This document shows, piece by piece, positions 19,438 through 28,317 of a DNA stretch of 64,000 nucleotides. Source of the stretch: an uncultured Alphaproteobacteria bacterium (GTDB lineage: Bacteria; Pseudomonadota; Alphaproteobacteria; RF32; CAG-239); assembly GCA_944390895.1 (NCBI GenBank), contig CALXRQ010000005.1:983-64982 (forward strand). Reading direction: 5' to 3'. Numbering within the stretch: position 1 is the first letter of the stretch; every line of letters begins with the position of its first letter. A program made the position numbers and the translations under genes. The notes beneath the pieces were generated by a model. The model did no database searches and was not told where the DNA came from. It was given only the letters and a program-made list of their open reading frames with translations.

Positions 19438-19908
19438 CTATTCCCTGTCCAAATCCAATTTCATTTTTTGTTCCAACGGCAAAAAGCCAAGATCTTCATA
19501 AAACTTGTATGCGCCGGTGTTTCGGTTAAAAACGCCCAATGTCACTTCCGTTATTTTCCGCGCCCTGCACGCCTCAAACACCCTGTCCATCAGAGCTTTG
19601 GCAATACCCCGCCGGCGATATCCGGGAAGCACGCCCAATCCTCCGATATGGCAAAAACTTTCCTGTTCCAGATATGGCCTGACCTCAAACGCCGCCTGTA
19701 CCATCCCGGCAATTTTTCCGTCTTCGGTTTCCGCAACATAAACGGGAGAATTCTCATCATCAAGCGCTTTCGCCAGAGAGGAGCGTTCATAATCCTCGTC
19801 AATGGGTTTGAAATACCCGCCCAATATCCTGCGGTGATGTTCCCTCATCTCCCGGCATATTTCCAAAACCTGCGGAATATCTTTGTCTTCCAAAAGCCGT
19901 ATTTTCAT
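19438..19908 (-). CDS. GNAT family N-acetyltransferase
   Basis: Start at MKIRLLED (19908), one nt after the upstream TGA. RRRGIAKALM acetyl-CoA motif. Confidence 0.8.
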   Translation of the reverse strand: MKIRLLEDKDIPQVLEICREMREHHRRILGGYFKPIDEDYERSSLAKALDDENSPVYVAETEDGKIAGMVQAAFEVRPYLEQESFCHIGGLGVLPGYRRRGIAKALMDRVFEACRARKITEVTLGVFNRNTGAYKFYEDLGFLPLEQKMKLDLDRE

Positions 19909-19909
19909 T

Positions 19910-20206
19910 TCACAGACTTTCCAAATCCCCAATATATGCCCAGCGTTTAATCTTGTCAAAATCCACTTCGCCGTCTTTTTTCATCCAGCGTTTGTCGGAA
20001 AGTCTGGAAACGACATAATCGCCGCTCCTTTCTTCAATCAGACACAGTTTGTCCGCATTCGGCAGGACGCCGGAATACCAGATTGTCTTGTCCTTTTTGA
20101 ATTTGTTCAGATTCTTTTCCGCATTGTCCAACCGCCGGCGCAAAACCTGATTGCGCCACTCGGCAAAAACAATATACAATCCCAGGGCAAAAATAACCAA
20201 ATGCAT
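19910..20206 (-). CDS. hypothetical membrane-anchored protein
   Basis: Start at MHLVIF (GGAGA RBS 6 nt upstream). One N-terminal TM helix. No family recognised. Confidence 0.55.
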   Translation of the reverse strand: MHLVIFALGLYIVFAEWRNQVLRRRLDNAEKNLNKFKKDKTIWYSGVLPNADKLCLIEERSGDYVVSRLSDKRWMKKDGEVDFDKIKRWAYIGDLESL

Positions 20207-20278
20207 ATTTTGTCTCCGTTTCTTATAAATCACTCATGTTTTTTTTATTTTAATCCGTAACCATAAATTATTTGCTAA

Positions 20279-20314
20279 CAAAAAGGCCTTTATCTTGAAA
20301 GATAAAGGCCTTTT
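20279..20314 (-). terminator. rho-independent terminator
   Basis: aaaggcctttatc / gataaaggccttt 13-bp stem flanked by A/T runs. Confidence 0.8.
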
Positions 20315-20336
20315 CCGTTTAAAAGGACTGAAAGGT

Positions 20337-20831
20337 TCAAACTTCAGCCGTAAAGACGTAAGTCTGCATCTGACACGGGCTTGCCGCCATGGCTCTCTCT
20401 TTCACGACAAAATTGCCGTGAATGACTTCGGGAAAACCGTTTGCCCGGGCAAACTCGTTGAACTGATGACGCACCAGATTCACCAGCTTGCCCTGCAGCG
20501 CCTTCTTGATATGCCATTTTCCGCCGTCAATTTCCGGAAGACGGGCGGCGAATGCCGCGGCCTCCAAAGGAGACAGACTGCCGTAACGGTCATGATACTT
20601 CAGCTCTTTGTAAACCCAGAAACCCACGCCGCCGAAATCAAGCTTGACGCCGGTGCCGGGTCTTGCGGAAAACTGAACCTTTGCGGCCAGCAGATGCAAA
20701 AGCGACAACGAAATCTTTTCCTGCGTAAAAATCTCTTCAGGTCTGATTTTCTCTTCAGACACAAATTTTTTTACCAAACTTACCATCTCTTCATGCGAAA
20801 GGTTTTTCGCAAAATTCAAAATCTGTTCCAT
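20337..20831 (-). CDS. hypothetical protein
   Basis: 164-aa ORF between two terminators with normal composition. No family recognised. Confidence 0.55.
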   Translation of the reverse strand: MEQILNFAKNLSHEEMVSLVKKFVSEEKIRPEEIFTQEKISLSLLHLLAAKVQFSARPGTGVKLDFGGVGFWVYKELKYHDRYGSLSPLEAAAFAARLPEIDGGKWHIKKALQGKLVNLVRHQFNEFARANGFPEVIHGNFVVKERAMAASPCQMQTYVFTAEV

Positions 20832-20907
20832 ATGCTTATAGAATTAATAGGATTAATACGTTTCCTATCAAACACCATTTATTCTTATTTGTCAAGTTTT
20901 GTATAAA

Positions 20908-20936
20908 ACAAAAAAGCCGCCCCAAAGGACGGCTTG
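20908..20936 (-). terminator. rho-independent terminator of fucO
   Basis: gccgccc / ggacggc stem with T-run on the minus strand. Confidence 0.7.
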
Positions 20937-20951
20937 CGAATATTGAATTTT

Positions 20952-22112
20952 TTATTTTCCGTTATAGGCTTTTTTATAAACTTCCAAAACCAGTTCTTTG
21001 CTGCAGGGCCGCGGATTGCCGCCGGTGCACACATCGGCCATGGCCGCTTCGGCCAATGCTTCCAGGTCTTCCTTTTTAACGCCGATTTCCTTCAAAGTTT
21101 TGGGAATGCCGACATCCTTGGAGAGTTTTTTTACCGCCTTGATTGCCGCTTCGCGATACTCGGCCTGTTTCATGGCGTCCACGTTTTTAACACCCATGGC
21201 CCGGGCAATTTCCCGAAACTTGGTTCCCGTTTTCGGCGCGTTAAATTCCATCACATACGGCAGCAGCACCGCGTTTGCAATGCCGTGCGGCGTGTCATAA
21301 AAAGCGGACAGAGGATGCGCCATGCCGTGAACCACGCCCAAACCGACGTTGGAAAAAGCCATACCGGTCACATATTGCCCCAATGCCATGCCTTCCCGGC
21401 CGTCGGGATCGTTTTCCACCGCCTTGCGCAGATTTTTGGCAATCAGTTCTATTGCCTTCAGATTAAGCGTATCGGCCAGCTCCCAGGCGCCGAGAGTCGT
21501 ATATCCCTCAATGGCATGCGTCAACGCGTCCATGCCGGTTGCCGCCGTCAGTCCCTTGGGCATCGAAGACATCATATCCGGATCCACGATTGCTACCACC
21601 GGAATGTCATGCGGATCAACGCATACGAACTTGCGACGCTTTTTCTCATCGGTAATCACGTAGTTTATGGTCGTCTCAGCTGCCGTTCCGGCCGTCGTAG
21701 CCACCGCAATCACCGGCACGCTTTTGTTTTTGGTCGGAGCAACGCCCTCCAGAGAAACGACATCGGCAAATTCGGGATTATTGATAATAATGCCGATACC
21801 CTTGGCCGTATCCTGCGGAGAACCGCCGCCGATGGCAATCATATAATCGGCGCCGGACTTCTTAAAGGCTTCAACGCCTTTCTGCACCACCTCCACGCTC
21901 GGATTGGCCTTGACTTTGTCAAAAACTTCGTAGGGAAGCTTGTTCTTATCCAAAATATCGGTCACTTTTTTGACCACCTTGAACTTCACCAAATCAGCAT
22001 CGGTCACGATCAATGCCTTCTTAAAACCGCGGGACTTTACCTCCGTGACAATTTCATTAACAGCACCGTGACCATGGTAACTGGTTTCATTTAAGATAAA
22101 ACGCTTTGCCAT
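20952..22112 (-). CDS. fucO: iron-containing alcohol dehydrogenase, lactaldehyde reductase type
   Basis: Long collinear similarity to my recollection of E. coli FucO (ILNET..G.GAV, GGGSPQDT, INYVITDE.KRRKFVCVDPHDIP, GMAHPL..FY.TPHG, DVCTGGNPR). Confidence 0.85.
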   Translation of the reverse strand: MAKRFILNETSYHGHGAVNEIVTEVKSRGFKKALIVTDADLVKFKVVKKVTDILDKNKLPYEVFDKVKANPSVEVVQKGVEAFKKSGADYMIAIGGGSPQDTAKGIGIIINNPEFADVVSLEGVAPTKNKSVPVIAVATTAGTAAETTINYVITDEKKRRKFVCVDPHDIPVVAIVDPDMMSSMPKGLTAATGMDALTHAIEGYTTLGAWELADTLNLKAIELIAKNLRKAVENDPDGREGMALGQYVTGMAFSNVGLGVVHGMAHPLSAFYDTPHGIANAVLLPYVMEFNAPKTGTKFREIARAMGVKNVDAMKQAEYREAAIKAVKKLSKDVGIPKTLKEIGVKKEDLEALAEAAMADVCTGGNPRPCSKELVLEVYKKAYNGK

Positions 22113-22193
22113 CTGTTTACCCTTTCATAAAAAATTTTTTTTACTGTTTACAGATATAATTCCCAATGTTTAATTTTTTATAACCGTTCCGCA

Positions 22194-22234
22194 CAAAAAA
22201 AAAGCTCCGTTCCGAATTAGAACGAAGCTCCTTT
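22194..22234 (-). terminator. rho-independent terminator
   Basis: agctccgttc / gaacgaagct stem with T9-10 on the minus strand. Confidence 0.7.
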
Positions 22235-22249
22235 TCAATCAGAAAAAGC

Positions 22250-22735
22250 TCATTTATCCGCTTTTTTATCATGGCGCGGCCCTTTGTGACGGACCGGACG
22301 ATCCATTCTCTCGGCACGGCGCTTATCGTGTTCGGCCTTTATTTTTTCCAGCTTGGCCTTTTGATCCGGCGTCAGAATAGATTCAAACTCCTTCATGTTT
22401 TCTTCACGCAGCTGGTCCATCTTCTTGCGCAGTTCATCCATCTGCTTAAACAAAGGTTCAACCTTTTTGCGCCCGGCCTCCCTAATCTCATCCGCCTTTT
22501 TCTGTTGATCCTCGGTTAATCCCAGATCCTTGGCAAATTTCTCAGCCATTTTCTTATGCATTTCCTTGTCAAATTTAGGACCTCTGCGCATATGGTCCGG
22601 ACGCGGTCCGGGATGATCCATTTCATGTCCCGGCGGCGGAGGAGGAGGAAGCAAATCTTCTTCCTGTGCTCTGAGAGCCGAAGCCGAGAACAGCAATGCC
22701 GAAGCACAAAATACGCTTAAAAGTTTCTTATCCAT
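22250..22735 (-). CDS. periplasmic Spy/CpxP-family (LTXXQ) protein
   Basis: Signal peptide, two LTxxQ motifs (LTEDQ, LTPDQ), highly charged helical sequence. Confidence 0.7.
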   Translation of the reverse strand: MDKKLLSVFCASALLFSASALRAQEEDLLPPPPPPGHEMDHPGPRPDHMRRGPKFDKEMHKKMAEKFAKDLGLTEDQQKKADEIREAGRKKVEPLFKQMDELRKKMDQLREENMKEFESILTPDQKAKLEKIKAEHDKRRAERMDRPVRHKGPRHDKKADK

Positions 22736-22737
22736 AC

Positions 22738-23232
22738 TTATTCTCCTTTTAAAAATTTAAGTTTTTCGCTCAAGATTTTTCGGGCGTTGAATAACCTTGA
22801 TTTCACGGTACCCACCGGAAGACCGGTTTTCTTTGCAATCTGCTCATAACTCATTTCTTCAAATTCAAACCAAACCACGACCTGACGCATTTTTCGCGGC
22901 AGTTCGTCAACCGCTTTCAATATGATTTTCTGGCGGGTTTTGGCGTCAATAATCTCTTCCTGACGTCCGCCGACCCGGATATTGTCCAGAACCTCGTCGC
23001 CGCCGATCTGGCTGGCTTCTATCTTATATTGCCTGGAGCGAAAATAATCGCGGCAGACATTGGCCGTCAAAGCGCTGATCCATTGCTTAAACTTGCCTTC
23101 TTCCTGATAACGGTCCATATTTTTCCAGGTTTTTATATAAACCTCCTGCTCAATGTCTTCATTATAAGACCCTGTCAGTTTCTTTATGATAGCCTTTATC
23201 CGGCTTTTGTTTTCAGCAATAATTTCTTTCAT
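22738..23232 (-). CDS. ECF-type RNA polymerase sigma factor
   Basis: Region 2 (YIKTWKNM...) and region 4 HTH (SYEQIAKKTGLPVGTVKSRL). Confidence 0.85.
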   Translation of the reverse strand: MKEIIAENKSRIKAIIKKLTGSYNEDIEQEVYIKTWKNMDRYQEEGKFKQWISALTANVCRDYFRSRQYKIEASQIGGDEVLDNIRVGGRQEEIIDAKTRQKIILKAVDELPRKMRQVVVWFEFEEMSYEQIAKKTGLPVGTVKSRLFNARKILSEKLKFLKGE

Positions 23233-23492
23233 CAGCCGACCATCAACAAGCCGTACTCATCCGTAGGCAAGCCCATATCTTCAATCACGGAACCGTTGTC
23301 GCTGTATACCGTTTCAATATAGTCAAAATATGAACCGTAACTATACTGAACCTTGTCCGCCTCCGGATAAAACATTCCGATGCCGGCAGCGCAGATCAGC
23401 ATTGCCAGCGTCGCCTTAATCCGGTTGTTGCGGCGCTTTCTTGCAAAATATAACGGCTTTGCCTCCTTAAGCAGCTTAGAAATATCTTCCAT
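23232..23492 (-). CDS. small single-pass membrane protein co-translated with the ECF sigma (possible anti-sigma/partner)
   Basis: AGGAGG RBS before the ATG at 23492. One TM helix. The stop overlaps the sigma start (ATGA). Confidence 0.55.
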   Translation of the reverse strand: MEDISKLLKEAKPLYFARKRRNNRIKATLAMLICAAGIGMFYPEADKVQYSYGSYFDYIETVYSDNGSVIEDMGLPTDEYGLLMVG

Positions 23493-23548
23493 GTTTACCT
23501 CCTTACACAACTTATAACGAAGCAATGCCGCGCAAAGTTCATTTTTTT

Positions 23549-25816
23549 TTACAGCAAAGACGGACGCACCGCATTTCCCTTGCGGCAGTCCTCCGCATCT
23601 TCAAAGGCTTGCAGCTTTGCAAAAATGTTTTTTACCTCTTCCGGCGAATATTTCTTATGGCAGAAGTCTGCCCGATAATAATCTGCCGGCACGCTGCCTG
23701 CTTCCGCCGCCAGACACAGCGGACGTTCGTCAAACAGCATAATCTGACAGTCTTTGGACAACGCCTTGTATTTGACGCCGCCGCGGCTGAGTTCAAGCCA
23801 CTTTTCTCCGCGGGAACAGTCCTTGCAGGCATTGTCACGAATGCAATCGGCGCTTGTAAACAGCGGAACGTCCTGGTAAACCACCATGCAGACCGGCAGC
23901 GGAGACGACAGGGAAAGTTCGCGGATATTTTTCAAATCATCTTCCAATGCGGCACAAACGCGCCCTGCCCCGCAGGCTTCGGCCATCCGAACCGCCTGCG
24001 TGTTCATTACATATAAAGAAGCGTCAAAACTCAAATCTATTCCCTTTTCCGGCAGAACCGACAATCCCCAATAATTGCCGATTTCCCACTTTTTATATCC
24101 CATGCCGAGCAGGGTTTTAATTTGTTTTTCAAAAATCTGCGGATGCCGGCATACCGTAGGCAATGCCAGACGGACTTTGTTTTTCGGCAAAGCGGCAATT
24201 TTTTCAATGTCCGTTTCGCGATCAAGCAAAACAACAACCTCTGCGACCCGGCTTAAATCTGTTTGTGACAGGCATTCCGGCTGATCTGTCTTAATCAGCC
24301 ATTGAGCCTTCTCAGGCAGTTTTCTGGGTTTTACCGGCGTCATTTGGCCTTGCTTGCTCATCGTTTCAATCTGACTGTAGAGTTTTCTGCGCAGCTCGTT
24401 TAACATTGAAACCGGAACAAAACGTCCGTCAGGATTGTCGATTATTACGGCTTTCAACGCCAGCTCCGTATCTCCGGTCTTACCGAACGCCGCTTTGACC
24501 GCACTCTCGGTTTTCGCCGCATCTTTTGCCGGCATAAACGTTCCGGTCAAAGCCGCCGTTTTTCCGGCGGCCGAAGCGGCAATTTCTCCGGCCGAAACTT
24601 TCAGTATAACTTCAATTTCCTCCCGGCGTTTATATTCTCCGGGCCGGGGTTTGGCAAAAGGATAAGCCCCCTTAACCTCGCTTGAGGAAGCAAGATAAAC
24701 GCTCCAACCGCACTCAAGCCCCGGCGCTCCGGCTGGAAGCCTTATTTCCGCCGTTTCTCCGGGCTTGGCTTCAAAAACGTTTTTGCCGTTCACCCTGAGC
24801 ATTTGCAGAGAAAATCCGAAAGGTTTCTCCTCTCCGGCGACATCAATCTGAATACCGTCATAACGCGCGATTTTATGGTTGGTTTTAATAAAAAAACGCC
24901 CCTTTTCCAAACGGCTGATCTGCCCGATTTTCAAACCTCGGTGGCCGACGAAATCCCTGTCGATGACATCTTTGTTTTTGCCGTTGAAGTGAAATTTGGT
25001 CCAAGGCCTTGAAAAAATCTGTCGTATGTTCTCCGCGCGCTTTTCGTCAGCGCCTTTGCCGTCCAGAATCCGCCGGTAATAATCCGTTACCGCCGCCACA
25101 TACAGAGCCGTTTTTTTGCGTCCCTCTATCTTCAGCGACGTGACCGGCATTTTTAAAACGTCTTCCTGCAATGCCATATCTTTCATTGAGAAATAATGTT
25201 TTTCGCCGCATGAACCGTGAAAAGCCGCCCGACACGGATACAGGCATTTTCCCCGATTGGCGCTTTTTCCGGTTTCCAGAGAAGAAAACAGACAAACGCC
25301 GCTGTAAGAATAGCACAATGCCCCATGAATAAAAGCCTCGGTCTCCAAACCCGGAATTGCCGCAATTTCCCGAATTTCCGGCAGGCTCAGTTCCCGAGCC
25401 AGCACCACGCGGCTGAATCCCATCTTTTGCAGAGCCAAAGCCCCTTCTTTATTATGAACGGCCATTTGCGTACTGGCGTGCATTTCCAGTTCCGGATAAT
25501 GCTCGCGGATAATTTCGGCCACACCCATATCCTGAATGATGACGGCATCAACGCCGTATTTCGCGCACATATCCAGCGTTCTCAGCAAATCGTCAAGCTC
25601 GTCTTCCTGCACCAGCGTATTGACCGCGGCATAAACCTTGCGCCCCAGCGAGTGGGCATAAGCCGTAAATTCGTTAAGCGCCTGTTCGTCAAAATTAGCC
25701 GCCGTCGCCCGCGCCGAAAACTGCCGCAGCCCCAGATAAACGGCATCCGCACCATAATAAAGCGCGGCATACCCGGCCTCAATATCCCCGGCCGGCGCCA
25801 AAAGTTCTTTTTTCAT
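23549..25816 (-). CDS. U32 family peptidase (long form)
   Basis: N-terminal ELLAPAG..E...AA...GADAVYLG and E..IHGALC.SYSG..C motifs typical of U32. Start taken at the ATG (MKKELL). Confidence 0.8.
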   Translation of the reverse strand: MKKELLAPAGDIEAGYAALYYGADAVYLGLRQFSARATAANFDEQALNEFTAYAHSLGRKVYAAVNTLVQEDELDDLLRTLDMCAKYGVDAVIIQDMGVAEIIREHYPELEMHASTQMAVHNKEGALALQKMGFSRVVLARELSLPEIREIAAIPGLETEAFIHGALCYSYSGVCLFSSLETGKSANRGKCLYPCRAAFHGSCGEKHYFSMKDMALQEDVLKMPVTSLKIEGRKKTALYVAAVTDYYRRILDGKGADEKRAENIRQIFSRPWTKFHFNGKNKDVIDRDFVGHRGLKIGQISRLEKGRFFIKTNHKIARYDGIQIDVAGEEKPFGFSLQMLRVNGKNVFEAKPGETAEIRLPAGAPGLECGWSVYLASSSEVKGAYPFAKPRPGEYKRREEIEVILKVSAGEIAASAAGKTAALTGTFMPAKDAAKTESAVKAAFGKTGDTELALKAVIIDNPDGRFVPVSMLNELRRKLYSQIETMSKQGQMTPVKPRKLPEKAQWLIKTDQPECLSQTDLSRVAEVVVLLDRETDIEKIAALPKNKVRLALPTVCRHPQIFEKQIKTLLGMGYKKWEIGNYWGLSVLPEKGIDLSFDASLYVMNTQAVRMAEACGAGRVCAALEDDLKNIRELSLSSPLPVCMVVYQDVPLFTSADCIRDNACKDCSRGEKWLELSRGGVKYKALSKDCQIMLFDERPLCLAAEAGSVPADYYRADFCHKKYSPEEVKNIFAKLQAFEDAEDCRKGNAVRPSLL

Positions 25817-25896
25817 TATTTTCAGTTCCAATTTGATTTTTTCTGATATTCATTTAACAACTGTTTCTGCACTTATACAATCTTTTTCGGCGCTTG

Positions 25897-27759
25897 TCAT
25901 TTAGCAATTTTATCCATCGTTCCCGAAGACATATACAAGCTTTCCATTCCCGCATAGCTTTGCGGATGTTCATGCACGCCGCAGCTATCGTTGCCTTCAA
26001 TGCAGGAAAAGGACTGAACCGCCTTCAAAACCGTTCCTGAAACAATGCGTTCTTTGCGCTCCTTGGACTGGAGCTTGACTATATCCGCATAGTTGCAAAC
26101 CGTCGTCCCGCCGCTTTCCCTGTCAAAAAATCCGGTCTTTCGGATTTCGTCATACAAGGCAAACAGCGAAAACATATTTTTCACCTGCCGTTCCGCCGCT
26201 TTGCGATATGCCGCTTCCGGCGTTTCGGCATTAAAAATTTTCTTGTTGTAAAACTTCTCAAAAGCCTCGGGATCAAAATCATCGCAGTTGTTGTTGATCA
26301 AATCGCTGAAAAGCAGAATTTGCTTAAAAGCCGGGTTTTTATAAAGGCCGGTTTGTTTTTTAACGTCAATCTTCTGCAAAACGGCTGCCGTACGCATATC
26401 GGCCCAGTCCAGAAGCTCCACCGTCTCCGGCGTAATGCCCCTTTGTCCGCGTTCAATCATCTTGACCAGCTTTTTGTTGACGTCTTCCAGCAAAGCGCCG
26501 GCAGCTTCCAAAGACGGACGTTCTTCCAGTTCTTTTGCCAGAGCATCCGTTTCCCGGTCTCCGGTTTCAGGCCTGATACAGCCGGCTCCGGGCATGTTTT
26601 TGCGCAGCCGTCGCAGAACGGCGATATTTTTTTTGCCGGTTTCGTTCAGAGCATCATAACGCGCCAAATCCGTAAGTCCGTCGCTTTCGGGAAGAAAAAC
26701 GTCACCCGTTTCTATCAAATCCCGTCTTTTTTCGGATAACAATGCCGGATCGTCCTTGGCGTCATAATAAGCAAGCATTTTGTCCGCCAAAATTCCCATT
26801 CCCGGAGCCGCCGCATAAAAAGCGTCCTTAAACCCCTCAAACGCTGCGTCAAGAAACTTTGCGTCCTTGCGGTTTTTCTCATGCAGTCTGGCGTTCAGCG
26901 ACGGAATTTCCCGCGACATGCAAATCAGCAGATGAATGTTCTTTGGCGTTATCTTACGCGCATAGCTCTGGTACGCAAAATCGGCCAGTCCGATTCCGCC
27001 GACTCTGCTGCTCCATTTGTCGGCCGCCAGACCAAAAGTGTTTTTAGGATTTTCTACGGCCCGGGGAATAACCTTTTCTATAAAATTGTCATAAAAGACC
27101 TCGTCTGCCATATGCTCGCAATGGTCAAAGTCGTTCATCAACGCATATTGCAGCTTCAGGTCGGACACCTCGTCCGCCAGCTTTTCCAAAACTTTCAAAC
27201 GCATGGCAAAGAAAGCCGGCGCGCCTTTGTTCTTGCAAAAAAACTCATTTATAAAATAAGCCTTGCCGCTGCCGGCAGGAATTTTGCGCACCAGATTGAC
27301 AATCCGGTTATAACAGGCCGTCATGCTTATTTTCCGGCCGGTCAGTTCCAATCGGTGCCCATATTTGGTAATTGCGGCAAAATTAGAACATAAAATCAAT
27401 TTATCATCGGGAGCTTTGCTGAAATCGAACTTGCTCAAAACACCGTTAAACTTGGAGGTCAAATCACACAGTTCCTCAAGCTCCGGCGTTTCCAGCTCCA
27501 GAAGCTGGCCGTAGTTCACTTCAAATCCTTTTTTATTGCCGAAATAATAGTCGCTTCCGAAATCATAGAGGATTCTGACAATCCTTTCGGAGGCTTCGTC
27601 AATCTGCCGTTTATAACGGGCAACGTCGGCGGCATCCCGGTGATGAGAAAAATAGCCGGGATTCTCCCGCTTTTTGCGGCAGTCATACCAGTTTCCGGCA
27701 AAAGTATCATAGCCGCCTTTAGTCATCCAATATTGATAAGCTTGTTCAAACCCGGGCAT
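25897..27759 (-). CDS. hypothetical protein (620 aa), no recognisable family
   Basis: GAGGA RBS before MPGFEQ. Long uninterrupted ORF, soluble, no signal peptide. Confidence 0.6.
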   Translation of the reverse strand: MPGFEQAYQYWMTKGGYDTFAGNWYDCRKKRENPGYFSHHRDAADVARYKRQIDEASERIVRILYDFGSDYYFGNKKGFEVNYGQLLELETPELEELCDLTSKFNGVLSKFDFSKAPDDKLILCSNFAAITKYGHRLELTGRKISMTACYNRIVNLVRKIPAGSGKAYFINEFFCKNKGAPAFFAMRLKVLEKLADEVSDLKLQYALMNDFDHCEHMADEVFYDNFIEKVIPRAVENPKNTFGLAADKWSSRVGGIGLADFAYQSYARKITPKNIHLLICMSREIPSLNARLHEKNRKDAKFLDAAFEGFKDAFYAAAPGMGILADKMLAYYDAKDDPALLSEKRRDLIETGDVFLPESDGLTDLARYDALNETGKKNIAVLRRLRKNMPGAGCIRPETGDRETDALAKELEERPSLEAAGALLEDVNKKLVKMIERGQRGITPETVELLDWADMRTAAVLQKIDVKKQTGLYKNPAFKQILLFSDLINNNCDDFDPEAFEKFYNKKIFNAETPEAAYRKAAERQVKNMFSLFALYDEIRKTGFFDRESGGTTVCNYADIVKLQSKERKERIVSGTVLKAVQSFSCIEGNDSCGVHEHPQSYAGMESLYMSSGTMDKIAK

Positions 27760-27854
27760 TGCTTTATCCTCGCTAGAGACTATCCAAGAAACTATTTTAG
27801 CATAATAGGCAAGTATTAACAATAATATAATTAATCACACTTTTTACAATTTAA

Positions 27855-28196
27855 TCATTCGACATACAAAACATCGTAAACATCCTGCCGTGTCCAAGTC
27901 TGAACGCTGTCGGCACTGACGCATTTCTTTACAATGCTGCCGTTTGTTCTCGACCGCAAGACCATACAGCTGACGTCGGAAACCGGCACCGGCCGATATT
28001 GTCCGGTCACAATGTAGCTTCCGATTGCAGAACCGGCCAATCCGCCCCAAAAGGCTTCCAATGCCAAATGACGCACAGGCTCTCTTTCCGCCCGAACCGG
28101 CGCCGGCCCGTGCCAAAAATGCGGATGATGCTCACGCGCCTCCGCAATGCCGACACCGACCATAAGCATCATTAAAACCAGTAAAATCTTTTTCAT
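27855..28196 (-). CDS. small secreted protein with His-rich N-terminus
   Basis: GGAGG RBS before MKKILLVL. Signal peptide ...GIAEA, then REHHPHFWHGP. Confidence 0.55.
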   Translation of the reverse strand: MKKILLVLMMLMVGVGIAEAREHHPHFWHGPAPVRAEREPVRHLALEAFWGGLAGSAIGSYIVTGQYRPVPVSDVSCMVLRSRTNGSIVKKCVSADSVQTWTRQDVYDVLYVE

Positions 28197-28267
28197 CTTC
28201 ACCCTCCGTAAAATTAACATACACTTTTACAACGGTGTTTTTTCTGCGTAAGTTCACTTTTTTAAGC

Positions 28268-28305
28268 AAAAAAATGCCGTCGGAACATTCCGACGGCATT
28301 TTTTC
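28268..28305. terminator. bidirectional rho-independent terminator after hydG
   Basis: A7 - atgccgtcgg / ccgacggcat - T7. Confidence 0.85.
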
Positions 28306-28317
28306 CTAAAACCGACC

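Noticed and set aside
20934-22094. 386-aa plus-strand ORF exactly mirroring fucO
   Set aside because: The minus-strand product aligns along its whole length with the FucO-type Fe-ADH. The plus-strand translation is Arg/His/Gly-rich nonsense.
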